Assembly (NCBI RefSeq): GCF_006345805.1
Contig: NC_043002.1
Coordinates: forward strand, 83,948,001-84,012,000
DNA: 64,000 bases
Direction of reading: 5' to 3'
Source: Octopus sinensis
Taxonomy: Eukaryota
Part shown: positions 50,942 to 64,000 of the stretch, in pieces
How the letters are laid out: each line of letters starts with the position of its first letter
How positions within the stretch are numbered: the stretch's first letter is position 1
The notes under the pieces: generated by a model
Database searches by the model: none
What the model was told of the DNA's origin: nothing
Seen by the model: only the letters and a program-made list of their open reading frames with translations
Program-made: the position numbers and the translations under genes

Positions 50942-52774
50942 CTGTGAAAATTAAATAAATAAATAAATATAAATCCTGCCGATAAATAACAGGATTATTC
51001 ACTTTAATTTGATTATTGCTAAAACATTTTTTTTTCTCCTTTCAGAAGAGATTAAAGTTTGCTAATAATTTTTTCTACAAGGGACTAGCATCCACATTTG
51101 AGAGGAATGTTGTAATCTTGGCCATTTGTATGCCAGGGAAACTGTGTGACCAAATTTACGAGTTCCAAAGTTCAAGAAAAAAAAGTAAATTTTTTTTCTC
51201 TGCGTCAGAAAGCTGCTTAATTTCAAATAAATATACTCTTTTGTTCTTGTTTCAGTCATTTGACTACGGCTATGCTGGAGCACTGCCTTAAATGATTTTA
51301 GTTGAAGAAATCGACCCCAGGACTTACTTTTTGTACACCGAGTACTTATTTTATTGGACACTTTTGCTGAACCACTAAGTTACAAGGATGTAAACAGATC
51401 AGCATTGGTTGTCAAGTAGTGTGGGGGGGGGGAACACAAAAGCAAGTAGGGGATGATCTGCATCAACAAAAGTAAATTAACAAAATTAACCCTCTCAGAC
51501 CTGGGCCATTACCCTCCAACTGGGTTCATGAGCAAAAAAATAATTAGTTGCATATACAATTCTAGAGTAACAATTGCAGGCAAACTAACAGACAGAATTG
51601 GTTGCATCTTCGTTTTCTATGTGTGTTACTTATTACTGCTTTACTGGGAATTCAACAGAGATGACGTTTAACCTATTCCCACTATAGCAGGAACATGGCG
51701 TGACAGGGTTAAGATACAAAGGGGTGCTGTAAAGTTCCAGGCTTTAAAGGTATCACAAAAGGCCTGACTGGAGGCTGAACCTTCTGAGTTCTTTTACAGG
51801 GGCTTAGAAAAACTGAAGGACCACTGCAATAAGTGTGTGAATCTGAGAGTGGGGAACAACAACAATGCTGTCACCGATTAATGTCCACCTTCCATGCTGG
51901 CATGGGTTCATCATCATCATCATCGTTTAACATCTGTTCTCCATGCTAGCATGGGTTGGACAATTCGACCGGGGATCTGGGAAGCCAGAAGGCTGCACCA
52001 GGCTCCAGTCTGATCTGGCAGTGTTTCTACAGCTGGATGCCCTTCCTAACGCCAACCACTCCGTGAGTGTAGTGGGTGCTTTTTACATACCACCGGCACA
52101 GGTGCCAGGCGAGGCTGGCAACAGTCACGATCGGATTGGTGCATTTTATGTGCCACCGGCACGGAAGCCAGTCGGGGCGGCACTGGCATCGGCCATGTTC
52201 GGATGGTGCTTTTTACGTGCCACCGGCACAGGGATCACAACTGCAGTTTCCATTGATTTTGATGTTGGTGTACTTGACTCAATGGATCTCCTCAAGCACA
52301 GGGTCGAAATGGTGTTTCTTGACTTGCCACCTGCACAGGAGTCAGTCCAGCGGTCCTGGCAACTGCCGGGTGCCAGTCATAGGATTGGTTCAATTTCGAT
52401 TTCACTTGCCCCAACAGGTCTTCGCAAGCAGAGAATAAAATCATAATTAACTGAATCTCTTGTATTTTCTTTTACCCAAAGCCAGGAACTTTACAGTACC
52501 TCCTCATAAGTTTTACATGCCATGTGGAAAGGGGAGTTCTGGAATCTAGATCCGAGACCAATTTTGATATTCCAAAGCATAAAACTCTTATCATGACACA
52601 TAAACTTATCTTATTTTACACATATTATTAGCTCTTTATATCTTTCAATTTTTCACTTTTCTATCTCAAATGAGTACTCATAATATCTAATAGCATATAA
52701 ATTTAAATCTTAGCAGTTAATCAGCAGATTATCAATCCAAAGAGGAAAATGATAAAAAAAAAAGCTCATCATAC

Positions 52775-53023
52775 CACTTGCAGAGATGATACCGGAATGT
52801 CAGAACTCTCAGCTAACGTAGTGGCTGTGTTGACTACTGTGTTGTTGGTTCCAATCAATGTGTTTGTTGGAATATTTAATCCAGGAATTGTGGGACTTGA
52901 TGACCGCACAGGGTCATTCATCCCAGAAACTGTGATTTTCTGTACATCTCCTAATGTTGAACGTTTTTTCAACTGCCATCGAATGTGTCGAATTTTCTGA
53001 GATAATGTTTTGGAGAAATGAGA
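52775..53023 (-). CDS. Uncharacterised gene, exon SHFSKTLSQKIRHIRWQLKKRST...SSLQV
   Basis: ttccag acceptor, phase-0 join to PW. Ends at donor gtg|gtatga, or reads through to TGA at 52769. Confidence 0.8.
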
Positions 53024-53485
53024 CTGGAAAAGAAACATTAAATTATGTTAGTTTTAAATCATCAAAACAAATTTCTTATTCTGTTGTGTCTGGGGAGAGT
53101 CATTTTCTTTTTGTGCCTTATAATGTAACACACTCACTGGTAAAATTTCCACTTATTTCTTATTTTTATTTTCCTAAAATTTTTGTTGCGTCTTGCAACC
53201 TTTTCAATAGTTTTGACACAACAGAATATGCTTCAACACACGAACTGATATAAAGAATCTTGCAAACCAAATCAAAAAACCAAATTTCTTATGTTTTTTG
53301 TCTTTTACTTGTTTCAGTCATTTAGACTGAAGCATTGCCTTGAGGAATTTTAGTTAAATGCATTGATTGACTCAGTACTTATTTTTTTCAAAGCTTAGTT
53401 CTTATTGTATCAGTTTCTTTTGTCGTAAGTTATCAGAACTTAAGCACACCAACACTGGTTGTCAAGCAGTGATGGAGGATAAACA

Positions 53486-53526
<41 letters not shown>

Positions 53527-55695
53527 GACAAGTTTCTTTCTTTCACTTTCTGTTTACCAAATCCACTCACAAAACTTTGGTCAGCCCAAGGCTGTAGTAC
53601 AAGATGCTTGTCTAACGTACCACACAGTGTGACAAAACCTGGAACCATGTGCCTATTACTCTTTTACTCTTTTACTTGTTTCAGTCATTTGACTGCAGCC
53701 ACGCTGGAGCACCGCCTTTAGTCAAGCAAATCGACCCCAGGATTTATTCTTTGTAAACCTAGTACTCTTTTGCCGAATCGCTAAGTTACGAGGATGTAAA
53801 CACACCAGCATCGGTTGTCAAGCAATGTTAGGGGGACAAACACTGACACAAACACACACATATATACATATACAAATATACGATGGGCTTCTTTCAGTTT
53901 CCGTCTACCAAATCCACTCACAAGGCTTTGGTTGGCCCAAGGCTATAGCAGAAGACACTTACCCAAGGTGCCACACAGTGGGACTGAACCCAGAACCATG
54001 TGGCTGGTAAGCAAAGCTACTTACCACATAGCCACTCCTGCACCTATAATATTTTTCAGAGGGAAGAGCATTATCTTTTATTTGTTTCAGTCATTGATCT
54101 ACATTTAAAATTCATCTATTTACTGGTCTTCTGGTTGGTTTGGTATATAAACCAAAAAAACTTTTATGATTTAAACACTTTTAGTCTTGAGCTCATTGAA
54201 AGAAGTCGTGATGAGAGCAAAAGAATTTTATACGCAGATTATTTGAGATGAAGAAGCTGCAATAGAATTTCTCCGACGCCATGAACTCCTTGTTTAATTC
54301 ACTCTTCTAATTATGATTGCAAATTTATAACATAATTTTGAATGTAGATGACAAGCTAGTCTAGATTTAAGCTGCATGTAGATCACATACTACACCAGCA
54401 CCTTCAGTCTTATAGCGAATACACAATTTGTTCAAAGTTTATATTTACTTTAACACACTCACTGATAAAGCCCCTACATTTCCTTCCAAATTCTCACTAC
54501 ATGCAGTCACACACACACACACAAACACACACAAACACACACACACACTTTATCTCTTTCTTTCTTTCTCTCTCTCTCTCTCTCTCTCTCTCACATACAC
54601 ACACATTCATTATCATTATCATCACCATTTAAACATCTACTTTTTCCAAGCTTGCATGGGGCAGAGGAATTTAAGTTGTGGCACAGTTTTCTACAATCAA
54701 ATGTCCCTCCAGTTGCCAACCCTCACTTGTTTCCAAACAAAGTAATAAGCTCTTTGTCTATCAAACGACAACAAGCCGGACATTTTTACCCTGAGGACCG
54801 GAAATAAACAATGCCATGTAAACTAGCCTCTGGTTTACAAAGATCATACATGCCAAGACAAGTCAAGAAGTCTGGATATGCTTTTGCAATGGACTACAAG
54901 CAAACAACACTCTCAGAAGGTTGTTGTTTACAACCAACAAACAAAACTCCGCCCAAACTCTCCTTCACCACTCCATCTGTCTTACCAACACTACCTTCAG
55001 CCGGAGCTGTGTGGAGCTTAGGTGTTTCACTCATAAACATACACATCGCCCGGTCTGAGATTCGAAACCGCGATCCCCCGACTGCGAGTCTGCTGCTCTA
55101 ACCATTAGGCCATTTGCCTCAACATCACTCAATCAGGGTTGACCATGGGCTAAACAACAACTACTATGAGATGTGTGTGTGTGTTTTATTTAAGAAAGGG
55201 GAAAGCAGAAAGGTGTTGAGCAGTTAACTATCACGACTCAAACAAAAAAAACTGCAATTCAAGCAAGAAAAACAAAAGGAAAAAAATAAGAACAACATAT
55301 CATCATCATTTAATGTTTACTTTCCATGCTGGCATGGGTTAGACGGTTTCACTGAAAACTGGTATGCCAGGGAGCTGCACTGGATTCTGATCTGATTTCG
55401 TAAGGTTTCTACAGCTGGATGCCCTTCCTAACGCCATCCACTCTGAGGGTGTAGTGAGTGCTTTTTATATGCCACCAGCACAGGTGCCACTGACCTGACA
55501 CCAGCATTGGCCACAACTACAGTCTCACTTGGCTTAACAACTCTACACAAGCACGGTATATTATCAAAGGTCTTGGTTACATGTCACTGCCTCCATGAGG
55601 CCCAACACTCAAATGGTACTTTTTACGTGCCACTGGCACTGGCATCAGAAAACAAATGACATGAAAACAAATGATAACAACCAAACTACACTTAC

Positions 55696-55956
55696 CCATG
55701 GTTGGGGACCTTCTAATCCAATACTGGGATATTGTTGATATAAAGCATGGCAAAATTCCCGATAGTCGTGTTTTTCACGAATGTCTTTTTGCGCTAAAAT
55801 ATGATATGCACATTGTTCTACTAACTTTGACCACACAAACTGAGCTTTTCCAGTTTCTAGCATGTTCTGTAAATAGCCACTGAATACAGGTAAGGAAATG
55901 TTTGGTTTGAAGCGGTTACCAATATATCTGCGCCGAGATATTACAGCATTTGAAAA
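55696..55956 (-). CDS. Uncharacterised gene, exon FSNAVISRRRYIGNRFKPNISLPVFS...ALYQQYPSIGLEGPQPW
   Basis: Long pyrimidine tract plus cag, gtaagt donor, 87 open codons with globular-protein composition. Confidence 0.82.
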
Positions 55957-56406
55957 CTGAAAGAGAGAGAAAGAAAAATCAATTTTAGAATATAGTAAAT
56001 AAAACACAAGTGCAGGCATGGCTGTGTAGTTAAGAAGCTCACTTTGTAACGAAGTGGTTTCAGGTTCAGTACCACTGTGCAGCATCATGGGCAAGATAAA
56101 TATGGTGCATATTCTATCAGTTTCTTTTGCCAAACTGCTAAGTTAAGGGGACATAAACAAATCAACACTCATCAAGTGGTGCATGGGGGTGACAAACACA
56201 CACACACAGGCACATCATTTAAGGTCCTTTTACATCTGGATGCCCTTCTTAACACCAACCACCAGCAGAGTGGGCTCAGTACTTTTTACATGGCACCAGC
56301 ACAGGCAAGGTCATTTTTGGCATAGTTTTTTACAGCTGGATGCCTTTCCAAATGCCAACCACTTTACAGTGTGGACTCTGTGTATGTGTGTGTGTGTGTG
56401 TGTGTG

Positions 56407-56474
<68 letters not shown>

Positions 56475-59400
56475 CTTCCACAGAATTTCCATCTATCGAA
56501 TTTGCTCACAAGACATAGGTCAGCCCAAGGCTATAATAGAAGACTCTTGCCCATGTGCTAAGCTGTGTGTGGGACAGGACATGAAGGTCTGTGAATGCTG
56601 ACAACTGTAAGTGTGGCACATGGAAAGGAGAGGATTCTGTCTATCATTACTATAAACTCTATTGTATTTTATCCCTTGAAGCATCTCTTCTACTTCACCA
56701 TTACCTTTCCAGCAGGTGGTAACAGTAGTATTATGACAGACATTGTAGTAACACCTGATTACAGATATTTTCATTAAGTTGAAATCAAATGGAAATTGTA
56801 GTTATGATACCCATGCCAGTGACATGTAAAAAGCACCATACGAATGTGGCCAATACCAGCGCCGCCCAACTAGTGTCCGTGTCGGTGACACATAAAAAGC
56901 ACTGACCAATCATGGCTGTTTGCCAGCCTCCTCTGGCCCCTGTGTCAGTGGCATGTAAAAAGCACCCACTACACTCACGGAGTGGTTGGCGTTAGGAAGG
57001 GCATCCAGCTGTAGAAACACTGCCAGATCAGACTGGAGCCTGGCGTAGCCTCTTGGCTTCCCAGACCTCGGTCAAACCGTCCAACCCATGCTATCATGGA
57101 AAACGGACGTTAAAGAATGATGATGATGATGAATGATGTTGAAACAATAATATACTTTTAGATTAGGGTTTCTCAACCATTTTTTGTTTGTGAACCCTTT
57201 TGACTCTTATTTTACTCTACTGGATTCCCACAGTTATTTGATGTTTATAAAAATCCCATTGTATTTTTATAATTAACAAGCACCATCCGATCGTGGCCGT
57301 TTGCCAGCCTCATCTGGCACCTGTGTCGGTGGCACATAAAAACACCATCCGAGCGTGGCCGTCTGCCAGCCTCGTCTGGCACCTGTGTCGGTGGCACATA
57401 AAAACACCATCCGAGCGTGGCCGTCTGCCAGCCTCGTCTGGCACCTGTGTCGGTGGCACATAAAAAACACCATCCGAGCGTGGCCGTCTGCCAGCCTCGT
57501 CTGGCACCTGTGTCGGTGGCACATAAAAAACACCATCCGAGCGTGGCCGTTTGCCAGCCTCGTCTGGCACCTGTGTCGGTGGCACATAAAATCACCCACT
57601 ACACTCTCGGAGTGGTTGGCGTTAGGAAGGGCATCCAGCTGTAGAAACACTGCCAGATCTGACTGGACTGGTGCAGCTTTCGGGCTCCCCAGACCCCAGT
57701 TGAACCGTCCAACCCATGCTAGCATGGAAAGCGGACGTTAAATGATGATGATGATGATGATGATGAAACTAGCATTATGACCCAGCAACGCTGGGTCATA
57801 GTGCTAGTGCATGCATATACAGCTGCGTGCGTGCACACATACACGCGAGTACTGTCCAAATCTCTGACCAATCACATACAACTAGCTGGCATTCAATTGG
57901 CGTATCAAGTTTCGGGCATTTTGATTGGGTTTTGGATAGAAAATTCACAAAAAAGTCACTTCTATTGATTTTTTAATGGCTTTGCGGAGTGAGTGGGGAA
58001 ATGTAAAGATGTGCACGACCACCCTTGGACAGTTTTGAATGACCATAGAAAGTGCGAGCCCACTAACTGAAAAATTGTGGATTTGTATAAAGGACACACG
58101 CGCAGACATTTTGCTGTTTATATATAGAGAGATAATATCAGGAAGAGTATTTAAAAAATGTTAAAATAGGTTTTGCATTGCAGAAGTATAACTAACTTAT
58201 TGCTCTTTTACTTGTTTCAGTCATTTGACTGTGGCCATGCTAGAGCACTGCCTTTAGTCAAGCAAATCGACCCCAGGACTTATTCTTTGCAAGCCTAGTA
58301 CTTATTCTATCAGTCACTTTTGCCGAACCGCTAAGTTACGGGGACGTAAACACACCATCATCGGTTTGTCAAGCGATGATGGGAGGACAAACACAGACAC
58401 ACAAACATATACACACACACGTACATATATATACATATATACGACGGGCTTCTTTCAGTTTCCGTCTACCAAATCCACTCACAAGGCTTTGGTCAGCCCG
58501 AGGCTATAGTAGGAGACACTTGCCCATGGTGCCATGCAGTGGGACTGAACCCAGGACTATGTGGCTGGTAAGCAAGCTACTTACCACACAGCCATCAACA
58601 ACTAAATCTTATATGGACTGCCAAAGGTCATTTATTCCCTAGCTGAGGACCACAACTTTAGATAACGAGAATACAATCCCAAATGTGTAACACTATGATC
58701 ATACAATAAATATATTGCTCCAGTTGGCCTAAATGTTCCTTCACAATAGAAACAATTTCCATTACATATGCCAAGATGGTAGAATCATTAGCATGCTAGA
58801 CAAAATGCTTAGTGACATTTCATTCACCTTCACATTCTGAGTTCAAATTCTGCCAACAACTTTGCCAGTCATCCATTCAGGATCAATAAAATAAGTACCA
58901 GTTGAAAACTGGGGTTGATGTAACCAACCAGCTCCCACCCACAAAATTTCAGGTTTTGTACCTATAGTAGAAAGGATTATATATACCTACTAGGTGCCAT
59001 GAGAGATGAATCTTCTCTCTGGATAAGACAACTGTCTAATGTAGATAATCAACCCAGGCAATTTCTTATCAGTTTCAAATGAGAGCTTGGACATTATTAA
59101 ACAAACTATTCTGACCCAGAACAAAAATCAATGTTAAACAGTTAAAATTATTACAAATATTTGACTTTGTATAACCGTATGTATAACCATGACAATACCT
59201 ATCTTAATATTACAATCTCACCATTAAAGCAGTGAAGGCACATGGCTCAGTGGTTAGAACATCAGGCCCATAATCATGAGGTAGTGAGTTTGATTCCTGG
59301 TTTGGGCTGTGTGTGGTGTTCTTGAATAAGACACTTTATTTTACATTGCTCCAGTTCATTCAGCTGTAATAAATGAGTTGCGATGTCAAAGGTTTCAAGC

Positions 59401-59944
59401 TGTATCGGCCTTTGCCTTTTCCTTGAATAACATCAGTGGTGTGGAGAGGAGAGGCTGATATGCATGGGTGACTGCTGGTCTTCCATAAACGACCTTGCCC
59501 AAACTTGTGCTCTGGAGGGGAACTTTTTAGGTGCAATCCTGTGGTCATTCATCATAACCGAAGGGGATCTTTACCCTTTTGCCATTAAAGCAGCGAGATG
59601 GCAAAATCATTAGCATGCTGAAAAAAATGCTTAGCAGCATTTCATCCATCTTAACATTCAGAGTTCAAATTCTGCCATGGTCAACTGAGCCTTTTATCTT
59701 TCTGGAGTCAATAAAATAAGTACCAGTTAGCACCAGGGTCAATGTAATCGACTTAGCCTCTCCCACAAGATTGTTGGGCTTGTGCCAAAATTTAAAACTA
59801 GGATTAAAATTTTCACCAATATCAAAACACAAAAAATTGTGCTAATTGAGCAATGACTGAAAATATGGAACAGAAATAGATTCCATATGAGATACAAAAA
59901 TAAAATCTTTTTTAATGGAAATTAACATTAAAAACCAAACCAAC

Positions 59945-60033
59945 TTCTTTCAATTCTTCAGCACTCCATAGACGTTCAGCATTTACAGTGTCGTGTTGTG
60001 AACTATGGCTGTTTTCACCTTCCATGTCAGAAT
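59945..60033 (-). CDS. Uncharacterised gene, exon (D)SDMEGENSHSSQHDTVNAERLWSAEELKE; possible start ATG at 60025
   Basis: ttttacag acceptor; gttggt donor gives a phase-0 join to the 55956 exon; gacATGG context. Confidence 0.65.
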
Positions 60034-60217
60034 CTGTAAAATAATATAAATATCCAAGATGTTAACTTTAAAGTTTTATATCAAAAGATGTTATATTTCA
60101 AAAGTAATTTGTTGTTACCTTCCATGTCAGAATCTGTAAAATAATATAAATATCCAAGATGTTAACTTTAAAATCTTATATCAAAAGATGTTATATTTCA
60201 AAAGTAATTTGTTGTTA
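60017..60217. repeat. 100-bp tandem duplication spanning a splice acceptor
   Basis: 60017-60116 versus 60117-60216, two mismatches. Confidence 0.92.
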
Positions 60218-60704
60218 TTGTTGTTCATCATCATCATCATATTTGACACCCAATTTTCCATGCTTGTATGGGTCACATGGAATTTGTAGATGTTCTATGC
60301 CCAGATGCCCTTCTTGTCACCAATCCTCACCCATTTCCAACCAAGATAATATTTCACCCACAGAAGACAAGAAACAAACCTCACCACTTGTATAATGGTG
60401 ATGCTCATTTGCAAACATCACATGATATCACGACAAGGGCACACACATACACACATACACACACACACAAACAGACATGATAGACTCCTTCCAATTTTCA
60501 GTTACCTGTCCACTCAAGGCTTTGGTTGGTCCAGCACTATAGCAGAAGACACTTGCCCAAGGTATCATGCAGTAGGACTGAACCCAAGACCACATGTTTA
60601 GGAAGCAAGCATTTTAACTATACAACCACATCTGTTAGAAATAATTCATTTCTAACATTAACAGCAGCCAGAATTTTAGGGAGGGACGTGAGTTAGTTGA
60701 TTAA

Positions 60705-61056
60705 ATATGCGTGCAAGACCCTGCCTCAGTAAAGCTGGACTCAAGAGTCATCTTCGTAGTCATAAAGCGAGACAGATGAGTGACAACCTGGCCACTGGTG
60801 GTGGTGTTACACACCGTACTAATCATATCTGTCAGGCATGTGGAAGAGAGTGTAATTCGACAGGAGGACTTAAACGACATGCAAAGGTACATGAAGCCCA
60901 GTTACAACTACAGCCAGCTATTGCCAGTAAAGGTTTTAACTGCCAATTCTGTACAAAACATTGTAGATCTTTAGCTTGGCTAAAAAGTCACATTAGATCA
61001 CAGCACCAGGAACAGTTAAGCTTCGTGCAATGGCCATACTCGATAACGAGGGGGCA

Positions 61057-61062
<6 letters not shown>
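60705..61062 (+). mobile_element. Probable RTE LINE 3' end encoding tandem C2H2 zinc fingers
   Basis: Three fingers of the C-x2-C-x-R-x-C-x-S-x2-GL-x2-H-x3-H type (first truncated), then a short tail and (TA)n. Confidence 0.55.
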
Positions 61063-61104
<42 letters not shown>

Positions 61105-61124
61105 TTCCACTGTGACAATCAGTG

Positions 61125-61570
61125 ATTCTTGTTATACTATCCACTATCTCATGTGGTCTGGTTATACCATTCACTGTCTCTTATATTCTGGATATATCAT
61201 CCATTATCCCTTATATTCTTGTTATACCATGCACTGTCCCCTATATTCAGGTTAAACCATTTCTTTGTCCCCTGTGAACTGATTATACCATTCACTGTCC
61301 TTTGTGTTCAGGTTTTATCATTCACTTTCTCTCTATATTCTGGTTATACCTTTTACTGCCCCTTATATTCTGGATACATCATTCACTGTCCCCTATATAC
61401 TAGTTAAACCATCCACTGTCCCATTCCAGTCATACCATTTCCTGTCTCTATATGCTAATTAAACCATTTTCTGCCTTTATATTTTGATTAAGCCATTCAG
61501 TCTCTAATTTCCTGGTCATACTATTATCCCCCTCCCTACTCTATTTATACCGTTCACTGTTCCTACATTC
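61125..61570. repeat. About 30-bp degenerate minisatellite (TTATACCATTCACTGTCCCTTATATTCTGG)
   Basis: Directly visible periodicity. Confidence 0.8.
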
Positions 61571-61774
61571 AAATGAAAATATTAATTAAATACATTAAAA
61601 AGAACAAAACATTATTGCCCTACCCAAAATATCCAGCTTAAATATTTAAAATATTTAGTGTTGTTGCCCATTGCAGTTGAACAAGAAATGTTGAATACTT
61701 GATGCAAACAAGGCTACATGAGTTAAGAAGTTTGCTCCATAACCACATGATTCTGGGTGTAATCCCACACTACA

Positions 61775-62001
61775 GAACAGAAGGCGAGGAGCTTTCTCCG
61801 TCCGGGTTGCGGATCCGTGGAACAAGCTGCCAGACGAGATGGTGAAGATGCCGACGACCGCTTTGTTCAAAGCCTCCCTGGACCTCAAGTGGCCTGAACT
61901 CTTTACATGAACACCACCCTGTACTTAACTCCATGTCCCCCTACATGGCCTTGCTATTTGCTTTTGAGCCAAATTAACTAACTAACTAACTAACTAACTA
62001 A
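61775..62001 (+). mobile_element. CR1-like LINE extreme 3' end
   Basis: RRGAFSVRVADPWNKLPDEMVKMPTTALFKASLD; (TAAC)n tail. Confidence 0.75.
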
Positions 62002-63600
62002 CATTTGGAAAGTATCTTTTAGCATAGACTCAGATTAACCAATTACTTGTGAGTGGGATCAGAGAGAAAGAAACTTTATGGAAGATTGTCATCTATATCG
62101 TGGCCGTTGCCAACCTCGCCTGGCCCCCGTGCCGGTGGCACGTAAAAAGCACCCACTACACTCACGGAATGGTTGGCGTTAGGAAGGGCATCCAGCCGTA
62201 GAAACATTGCCAGATCAGACTGGGCCTGGTGCAGCCTTCTGGCTTCCCAGACCCCAGTTGAACCGTCCAACCCATGCTAGCATGGAAAGCGGACGTTAAA
62301 TGATGATGATGATATGTATAAGTGTATGTGCATGTGTCAGGGTATCTATCACAGATGTATACTTACGAAGGATATAAACGACAGCAAGAAAATTGATGCT
62401 TTACAGACATAGACCCTTGAGATATGTATTCTGCATTGAGTTACAGATACTCCCATGTCTCTTTCACCATCAGAAACATAGTGGACCAGTGACTGGCCCC
62501 TCGGCTACCTGCAATCAATAGCATTGCTGCTGTTCACTAATTGCAATATAAAATAGATAAGTACAAGCTGGCAGAATCATTAGCATAATGGACAAAATGC
62601 TTAGTGGCATTTCATCCACCTTTACATTCTGAATTCAAATTCCATTGAGGTCAACTATGCCTTTCATCCTTTCAGGGTCAATAAAGTAAGTACCAGTCGA
62701 GCACTGGGGTCAATGTAATCGACTTATGCCCTGCCCAAAATTGCTGGCCTTGTGCCAAAATTTGAAACCAATAAATGGAAAACTGTTAAATAAGACAATA
62801 TGCTCTCAATCTCCAGTTGAAACCATTTCAATTCCCTTATACCATAATATCTTGAATATCACATTCTTCTATTTTCTTCTCCTAGAACACATAGTATTTA
62901 TATCTACTTAGAAAAGAAACCAGAATTTAGCTCTCTTATTTCTTTACTGCCCGCAAGGGGCTACACACAGAGGGGACAAACAAGGACAGACAAACAGATT
63001 AAGTCGATTATATTGACCCCAGTGTGTAACTGGTACTTATTTAATTGACCCCGAAAGGATGAAAGGCAAAGTCGCGGCAGACAAAATACCTATTTCTTTA
63101 CTATCCACAAGGGGCTACACACAGAGGGGACAAACAAGGACAGACAAACGGATTAAGTCGATTATATCGACTCCAGTGTGTAACTGGTACTTATTTATCG
63201 ACCCCGAAAGGATGAAAGGCAAAGTCGACCTCGGCAGAATTTGAACTCAGAACTCAGAACTCAGACGAAATATCGTTAAGCAATTTGCCTGGCGTGCTAA
63301 CATCTCTGCCAGCTCGCCGCCTTAGCTCTCTTTTCTGTAAAAATGCTGTTTTTTTTTTAAGAGGCGCATTGTGATTTAATACTTTGGTATTCATATTACT
63401 TTGCCAAATGTAATGCTTATTTATTCACATTGTTTTGAATTATTTATGCATTATATCTTGTAGCGTTGAGACTTTGATGACATGGTTGTTTATCATTAGA
63501 ATGACACTGTAGTGTAGATGTGGGAGGTCAGATTTGGCTAGGTTGAATACAAAACACGTACAATATTTGGGCCAGATATGGATGGTTTAAATGCCAAAGG

Positions 63601-63939
63601 CTCAGTGGTTAGAGCGTCGAGCTTATGATCGTGAGGTTGTGAGTTCGAATTCTGGACCGGGCTGCGTGTTGTGTTCTTGAGCAAGACACTTTATTTCACG
63701 TTGCTCCTGTTCACTCAGCTGTAGAAATGAGCTGCGACGTCCCTGGTGCCAAACTGTATCGGCCTTTGCCTTTCCCTTGGATAACACTGGTGGCGAGGAG
63801 AGGGGAGGCCGGTATGCATGGGCGACTGCTGGTCCTCCATAAACCACCTTGCCCAGAATTGTGACTAGGAGGGTAACTTTCTAGGTGCAATCCCATGGTC
63901 AGTGCCGTGACCAAAGGGGATCCCCCGACCTGATCCCCG
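63601..63939 (+). mobile_element. tRNA-derived SINE inserted in a piggyBac-like MITE (related copy at about 59236-59575)
   Basis: CTCAGTGGTTAGAGC A box, GAGTTCGAATT B box, 12-bp TSD AAATGCCAAAGG (63589-63600 and 63940-63951). Confidence 0.82.
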
Positions 63940-64000
63940 AAATGCCAAAGGGTTAAATACAAAGACTGCCAGTGATGGAATAAGGAAACTTCTAATGGTC

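Noticed and set aside
62367-62508. Possible upstream exon of the - strand gene (ttgcag ... gtaagt)
   Set aside because: All three frames contain a stop when read from this acceptor. It could be a 5' UTR exon but cannot be supported without transcripts.

Overview
This is AT-rich, repeat-dense eukaryotic DNA; the repeat families suggest an octopus (coleoid cephalopod), which is an inference. The + strand carries the last 15 coding exons (4611-42224) of a PDPR orthologue (pyruvate dehydrogenase phosphatase regulatory subunit, DMGDH/SARDH family), whose 5' exons lie upstream of the window. A convergent spliced gene of unknown function lies on the - strand (about 50933-60033). Introns and intergenic DNA hold RTE and CR1 LINE fragments, tRNA-derived SINEs, mariner, maT, piggyBac-like and Merlin-like non-autonomous transposons, a decayed Gypsy LTR element, Penelope-like remnants, microsatellites and a 22-bp satellite. 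The most notable observations are: minimal hammerhead-ribozyme motifs with non-canonical cores (a G3-C8 swap on both arms of a fold-back insertion, and an A6U variant in two copies); a 100-bp tandem duplication that creates a candidate in-frame 15-nt microexon; and two templated insertions of nearby host DNA into transposons. All coordinates were read by eye and no database search was run.
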